In this document: positions 58,947 through 64,000 of the stretch, in pieces
Position numbering within the stretch: position 1 is the first letter of the stretch
Layout of the letters: each line of letters begins with the position of its first letter
Origin: Candidatus Coatesbacteria bacterium
GTDB taxonomy: Bacteria; RBG-13-66-14; B26-G2; WVWN01; G020348885
Assembly: GCA_020348885.1 (NCBI GenBank)
Contig: CP070755.1
Coordinates: 1,630,689-1,694,688, forward strand
Length of the DNA: 64,000 nt
Direction of reading: 5' to 3'
The notes under the pieces: generated by a model
Told to the model about the DNA's origin: nothing
The model's input: the letters and a program-made list of their open reading frames with translations, nothing else
Databases searched by the model: none
Made by a program: the position numbers and the translations under genes

Positions 58947-59873
58947 GTGGCGCTGCACTCCAAAGATTTATTAGGAATCCAGGAACTCTCGACCGACGAG
59001 ATACAGTTAATCCTGGATACGGCGGCGAATTTACGCAATATCGCCGAGCGCCCGATAAAGAAAGTACCGACGCTCCGGGGGCGTACGGTCGCCAACCTCT
59101 TTTACGAACCGTCCACCCGTACGCGAATAAGTTTCGAGTTGGCCGCGAAACGGCTCAGCGCTGACTTCATCAACATAACTGCTGCAACATCATCCGCGGC
59201 TACCGGCGAGACGCTGACGGACACCGCTAAAGCCGTCCAGGCGATGCAGGTCGAGTTCCTAGTGGTACGCCACTCGATGGCCGGCGCGCCCCACCAACTC
59301 GCCCGCGAAGTCGAGATATCCGTGGTGAACGCCGGTGACGGCCCACACGAACACCCGACCCAGGCGTTAGTCGACCTCTTCACCATCCTCGACGTGAAAG
59401 GCTACATCGAGGGGCTAAAGGTCGCGATTACCGGCGACCACATAACCAGCCCGGCCGGGCGTTCCAGTGCGTTGGCGCTCATCAAGATGGGCGCGGAAGT
59501 AACCCTCGTCGGGCCGTCGCCCCTGATACCGCCGGGCGCCGAATCTATCGGCGTACACGTCGAACACTCGATGGAAGAGGGCATCGCCGACGCCGACGTA
59601 ATCCTTCTATCCCGCGTCGAGATAAACCCCGATAACGAGCTGAGAATACCGTCGCTCCGCGAGTATGCCCGGTTCTTCTGTTTGACGGAAACGCGGCTGG
59701 CGCTGGCTAAGCCCGACTGTCTCGTACTCCACTGGGGTTCGATGAACCGGGGCGTGGAAATCGCGCCGGATGTCGCCCGGGTAGCCGAAGACTATATAGC
59801 ACAACAAATTACCGACGGAATCGCCGTACGCATGGCGGTGCTTTACCTGCTTTCGGGAGGCGACCGGTCGTGA
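58947..59873 (+). CDS. pyrB: Aspartate carbamoyltransferase-like protein with altered aspartate site
   Basis: FYEPSTRTR.SFE, VRH, NAGDG.HEHPTQ, NRGVEI, VRMAVL; substitutions listed in findings. Confidence 0.88.
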   Translation: MALHSKDLLGIQELSTDEIQLILDTAANLRNIAERPIKKVPTLRGRTVANLFYEPSTRTRISFELAAKRLSADFINITAATSSAATGETLTDTAKAVQAMQVEFLVVRHSMAGAPHQLAREVEISVVNAGDGPHEHPTQALVDLFTILDVKGYIEGLKVAITGDHITSPAGRSSALALIKMGAEVTLVGPSPLIPPGAESIGVHVEHSMEEGIADADVILLSRVEINPDNELRIPSLREYARFFCLTETRLALAKPDCLVLHWGSMNRGVEIAPDVARVAEDYIAQQITDGIAVRMAVLYLLSGGDRS

Positions 59874-61162
59874 GGCTGTTGATTAAAAACGGACGGTTGC
59901 TCGACCCGGCGTCTGGTTTCGACGGCGCGACCGACATCCTCATCGAAGACGGGATTATAGCGGCGATAAAAAAGGGAATCGACTCCGCCGGTACGGAAGT
60001 CATCGACGCCGACGGGAAATGGGTCATACCCGGCGTCGTCGACATCCACGTTCACATCTCCGAACCGACGCGCTACGACCGCGAAACGGTTCGCAGCTTC
60101 GGCGAAGCCGCCGCCGCAGGCGGCGTTACGACGGCGCTTTGTCGCCCGAGCGAAGACATATACCTGGACGACGTAGCCGATATCGAGTTCCTACTCAGCC
60201 GTAACAAAAAAGCGGGGAAGATAACACTCAAGCCGGTCGCCGCGCTAACGCGGAAATTCCACGGCGAGAACTTAACCGAGTTCGGCGACCTCGCCGACGC
60301 GGGGGCCGTCGCGCTCGGCGACGATCGCAACCCCGTCCAAAGCTCCCGCCTGATGCGATACGCGATGGAGTATGCGCGGGACCACGAGATGCCCGTTATC
60401 ACGTTCCCGCAGGACCCGGACCTGGCGGCCGACGGCTCGATGAACGAAGGTGCGCTCTCGACCCTCCTCGGGCTTCGCGGTATTCCCTACTCTGCCGAAG
60501 ACGTAATAGTCGTCCGCGATATAATACTGGCCCGAATGACGAACGCGCGGGTTCACATATCGCCGGTAACTACCGCCGGTTCGGTGGACCTTGTACGTCG
60601 AGCAAAGGCCGACGGTATACCGATAACCTGCGACACGGCGCCCCACTACTTCCTACTTACCGAAAAAGCGGTCGAAGGATACGATACCAACGCCAAAGTG
60701 AACCCGCCGCTCCGCCGCGAGCGGGATATGGCCGCCGTCCGGCAGGGGCTGGCCGACGGGACTATCGACGCGGTCGCGTCGGCGCACAGGCCGCTTTCGA
60801 CGGTGGATAAAGATGTCGAGTTCGCGGCCGCCAGGTTCGGGATGTCGGCCGTCGAAACGCTGCTTCCGCTGACCCTCGAGTCGCTTTGCTCCAACGGCAA
60901 AATGGAGCCGCTGGATGTAGTAGCGTTATTGACGACGAAACCGGCCGCTGTAATGGGGATAGAAGAAGCCGGCGCCGTTAAAGTAGGCGCGCAAGGCGAC
61001 GTTACCGTCGTGGACGCGGAAAACGAACGTTCTATAAACCCTGCGGATTTTCGTTCGAAGGGGAAGAACACCGCGTTCGAGGGAACGACCGCGAAAGGCT
61101 TCGCGTGGGCTACCATCTCGCGCGGGCTTCCGGTGATGATAGACGGCGAAATCGTAGGGTAA
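59870..61162 (+). CDS. pyrC: Dihydroorotase-like protein, probably inactive (PyrC'-like)
   Basis: DIHVH, AAAAGGVT, PHYF, KVNPPLR, SKGKNT; His and Asp ligands replaced. Confidence 0.85.
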   Translation: MRLLIKNGRLLDPASGFDGATDILIEDGIIAAIKKGIDSAGTEVIDADGKWVIPGVVDIHVHISEPTRYDRETVRSFGEAAAAGGVTTALCRPSEDIYLDDVADIEFLLSRNKKAGKITLKPVAALTRKFHGENLTEFGDLADAGAVALGDDRNPVQSSRLMRYAMEYARDHEMPVITFPQDPDLAADGSMNEGALSTLLGLRGIPYSAEDVIVVRDIILARMTNARVHISPVTTAGSVDLVRRAKADGIPITCDTAPHYFLLTEKAVEGYDTNAKVNPPLRRERDMAAVRQGLADGTIDAVASAHRPLSTVDKDVEFAAARFGMSAVETLLPLTLESLCSNGKMEPLDVVALLTTKPAAVMGIEEAGAVKVGAQGDVTVVDAENERSINPADFRSKGKNTAFEGTTAKGFAWATISRGLPVMIDGEIVG

Positions 61163-61186
61163 CGTTAACTGGATTGCAAGTAGGAT

Positions 61187-61212
61187 AAAAGCCCCGGACA
61201 ACCGGGGCTTTT
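61187..61212. terminator. Bidirectional intrinsic terminator
   Basis: AAAAGCCCCGG-ACAA-CCGGGGCTTTT between convergent genes. Confidence 0.85.
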
Positions 61213-61243
61213 CGCTTTTACTCCTTACCCTATTAAAGGGGAG

Positions 61244-61852
61244 CTACTTGTATATTGTTTTTATCCGACCGAAGCTGGACGACTCGACCGGCAAGGTTCC
61301 GCCAGCCAACGTAATAACGTCGATTATAACCGAGTCGCCGTTCCTGCCGTAGTAACGGAAGCCGACGTAAACATTCGGTGAACCCGCGTAGGCACTCAGA
61401 TCAACTATCTGGAACGTCCAGTTATGGCTTCCGTGCCCGTCGCTGTGATACGGTATTTCCCAGACGTCGTCGTAGTTAGACCCGTCGGTAGAGACCATTA
61501 TGTGAAGGTTGGCATTATCAGCATAATACGTACTTCCGTACCAATAAAAGGATAAAGTAGCGCCGGAATAGTCCGTAAGATTCACGACCGGCGAGATTAA
61601 CCACTCGTCCTGGGTCTCCGAGGCTTGCCACGGGCAAATAGCCGAGTATATCCCGTCAACGTAGTACCCCACTCGGTGTTCGATCTGCCAGGTGTACGCG
61701 GGCACCGTCACGACCGAATCCCACCCGTCCGGCGGAACGATGCCGCCCTCAAAATTCTCGAACAATAAAAGGTCACCAGTCGCGAACGCGGCGGAACAAG
61801 ATACGAAAACGACTGCGATGGTCGCTAAAACCTTCTTAACCGATATATTCAT
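61244..61852 (-). CDS. Secreted protein with cleaved-adhesin/choice-of-anchor-J-like domain and C-terminal SFGRIKTIYK motif
   Basis: ENFEGG..PPDGW, QDEWLISP, VDLSAYAG, VYVGFRY, IDVI. Confidence 0.8.
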   Translation of the reverse strand: MNISVKKVLATIAVVFVSCSAAFATGDLLLFENFEGGIVPPDGWDSVVTVPAYTWQIEHRVGYYVDGIYSAICPWQASETQDEWLISPVVNLTDYSGATLSFYWYGSTYYADNANLHIMVSTDGSNYDDVWEIPYHSDGHGSHNWTFQIVDLSAYAGSPNVYVGFRYYGRNGDSVIIDVITLAGGTLPVESSSFGRIKTIYK

Positions 61853-61887
61853 AATGCCCCTTTCGTTGAAGGGTCTTTTCCGCCTAT

Positions 61888-61916
61888 TTTATAACACATA
61901 CCGTAAACGCGGTCAA
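61888..61916 (-). promoter_or_regulatory. Sigma70-type promoter
   Basis: Minus strand TTGACC-N17-TATAAA with extended -10 TG. Confidence 0.6.
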
Positions 61917-61926
61917 TCAATATGCG

Positions 61927-63288
61927 CTATACGGTCAACTTATCGACTTCAGTTTCTACGACCTCACGGATTTCATTTAACCTTTTTTCCGTCTTGGCTT
62001 CGAACCGCAGAACCAGAACCGGTTGGGTGTTGGACGCGCGAACCAAACCCCAACCGTCGCCGAAAAGGATCCGGGCCCCGTCGACGGTTATGACTTCGTA
62101 ACCGTAGTCGTCCCCGAAAAACTTTTTTACCTTTTCCACGACGTCGAACTTAACGTCGTCGGGGCAGGGGACGCGGATTTCGGGCGTCGCGTGATATTGC
62201 GGCATCTCGTCCAGCATCTCGCTTAAGGACTTGTCAGCGGTCGAGAGTAACTCCGCGAGACGAAGTGCCGAATAGATAGCGTCGTCGAACCCGAAATAAC
62301 GGTCCGCAAAGTATATGTGGCCACTCATCTCGCCGGCGAGCATCGCTTCCTCCTCGGCGATCTTCGCTTCGATGAGCGAATGGCCGGTTTTCCACATAAT
62401 GGGGACGCCGCCGAGCCGTTCTATCTCCTCGATAAGCGCCTGGGAACATTTAACTTCGAAGATGACCTTGCCGCCCGGGTTCTCTGAAAGGACCCGTCGA
62501 GCGTAGAGGGCAAGCAGCCGGTCGCCCCAGATAATCCGGCCCTTCTCGTCGACGGCGCCGATACGGTCCGAGTCCCCGTCGAAGGCGACGCCGACCTCGG
62601 CGCCGGATTCCGCAACGCGAGCCCGAAGGTCCGCCAGGTTCTCGGGCAGCGTCGGGTCCGGGAAATGATTCGGGAAAGTGCCGTCCACCTCGCAGAAGAG
62701 ACCTTCGGCGTCGCAGCCCGCGTCGGCGAGTATCTCGGGCATAACGGTCGCGGCGGTCCCGTTACCGGCGTCGGCAACGATACGTACCGGACGCTCAACG
62801 GTCACCCGCGCGAGAAGTGCTTCCCTGTAGTCGGAAAGGACATCCCGCTCCTCGACCGAACCCGCGCCGATCGGGAAACCGCCGGCGACGATTATATCGT
62901 ATATACTCCGTATCTCGTCGCCGAAGATGGTCCCGTGACCGCAGACGATTTTAAAACCGTTAAACTCCGGCGGATTGTGGCTGCCGGTTATCATCACGCC
63001 GGCCTCGTCGGGCGCGTACTCACGGCACGCGAAGTAGAAAGCGGGCGTGGGCGCGAGCCCAACGTCCACGACATCAACGCCCGCGCGGTTTAACTCGCTA
63101 ACAAATATATCCCTAAAATCGCCGCTCGAAAGTCGGTTATCGCGACAAATTACCGCTGCTTTCTTGTCGTGCGCCCTGAAGTAGGCGGCCGTACCGCGGG
63201 CAATTAAACGAACCGATTCGTCTGTCAAATCGTCGCCGACGGTCCCCCGAACGTCGTACTCCCGAAATATGTTCTTGTTCAAGTCCAT
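61927..63288 (-). CDS. Phosphomannomutase/phosphoglucomutase (AlgC/ManB type)
   Basis: IFREYDVRG, MITGSHNP, FDGDSDR, GEMSGH, RASNTQP. Confidence 0.95.
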   Translation of the reverse strand: MDLNKNIFREYDVRGTVGDDLTDESVRLIARGTAAYFRAHDKKAAVICRDNRLSSGDFRDIFVSELNRAGVDVVDVGLAPTPAFYFACREYAPDEAGVMITGSHNPPEFNGFKIVCGHGTIFGDEIRSIYDIIVAGGFPIGAGSVEERDVLSDYREALLARVTVERPVRIVADAGNGTAATVMPEILADAGCDAEGLFCEVDGTFPNHFPDPTLPENLADLRARVAESGAEVGVAFDGDSDRIGAVDEKGRIIWGDRLLALYARRVLSENPGGKVIFEVKCSQALIEEIERLGGVPIMWKTGHSLIEAKIAEEEAMLAGEMSGHIYFADRYFGFDDAIYSALRLAELLSTADKSLSEMLDEMPQYHATPEIRVPCPDDVKFDVVEKVKKFFGDDYGYEVITVDGARILFGDGWGLVRASNTQPVLVLRFEAKTEKRLNEIREVVETEVDKLTV

Positions 63289-63457
63289 ATTCCCCCGCGA
63301 AAACGTGGTTTTTACGGAGTATATCAAACAGCGCCTTAAACACAAATACTTTTTAACCCGGTACCGAAACGTCGTGAAAATCCGTTATATCGGACTTGCT
63401 TTCACGCCGCTCTTATCTTATTTTAACGGACCGTTTTCGTTAACCAGAGGAGGTAGT

Positions 63458-64000
63458 TTAAACGGGAACTGTAAATGGACCGGCACCGGATGGACCGTCG
63501 AAGTACTCCATTCCCGGGCCGGCGTCTCTACGACGATACTGATATCAGTAGGTTCCGGCGAACGCCTTCTACTCGATTGCGGCGACGGGACGCTACGCGA
63601 TTTGTTAAACCGGGAAGTGGACCCGAAGCGAATCGCCGGCGTACTTATCTCTCACGGCCACTTCGACCACGTCGGCGGTCTCCATCCCGTTCTCGGGTTC
63701 ATCCGTATGGTTGGTCGAAACTCCGATTTCTTCGTCGTTGCGCCCGAAGGGTCGTTCGAAGACAGGTTGATTATTAAGGCGTTTACGGAAGCGTACGGGG
63801 GAACGATACCGTTCAACATAAACCGCCGCGAAGTAAGAGAAGGCGCCGAACTCGAATTAGCCGGGATTAAGATAATACCTTTCGGCGTAGTACACCACGG
63901 AAGCACCGAAATGGAGGGTATCGGTCCGCGACTGCCGTCGCTCGGTTATAAACTTTTCTACAACGACGAACGCGTCATCTATACGGGCGACTGCGGGTTG
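63458..64000 (+). CDS. MBL-fold metallohydrolase (RNase Z-like), truncated by window end; start uncertain
   Basis: Frame open to the window end: LLDCGDGT, ISHGHFDHVGGL (HxHxDH), YTGDC; absent from the ORF track because there is no stop. Confidence 0.85.

Noticed and set aside
63475..63777. 100-aa ORF in the track
   Set aside because: Out-of-frame shadow of the MBL hydrolase.

Overview
A gene-dense, moderately GC-rich bacterial chromosome segment. It comes from a diderm LPS producer (kdsB, heptose adenylyltransferase) with T9SS-like C-terminal domains, which suggests an FCB-associated candidate lineage; that placement is inference. Backbone genes include tspO, a frameshifted CPA2 antiporter, a radical SAM gene, initiator tRNA-Met, a complex I-like nuoCDHIJKLMN operon, thiD, cvpA, pdxJ, acpS, cca, dtd, moxR, recO, pstCAB-phoU, pyrR-pyrB-pyrC and a phosphomannomutase. 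I saw no integrase, transposase, CRISPR array or rRNA. The most unusual features are: (1) a tandem array of six paralogous small membrane proteins with a PPEPxWLFYxLSF motif (44.4-46.4 kb); (2) a PyrB that keeps its carbamoyl-phosphate residues but has lost the aspartate-binding ones, paired with a degenerate PyrC and placed directly behind pst-phoU; (3) a nuo operon lacking A/B/E/F/G and interleaved with nine other genes, including three membrane microproteins missed by the ORF track; (4) a promoter, structured RNA and terminator in front of pstC; (5) a trypsin-like protease plus two YbjN-like genes between pstC and pstA; (6) a short shared C-terminal motif on unrelated exported proteins. All family calls come from motif recognition by eye, not database searches.
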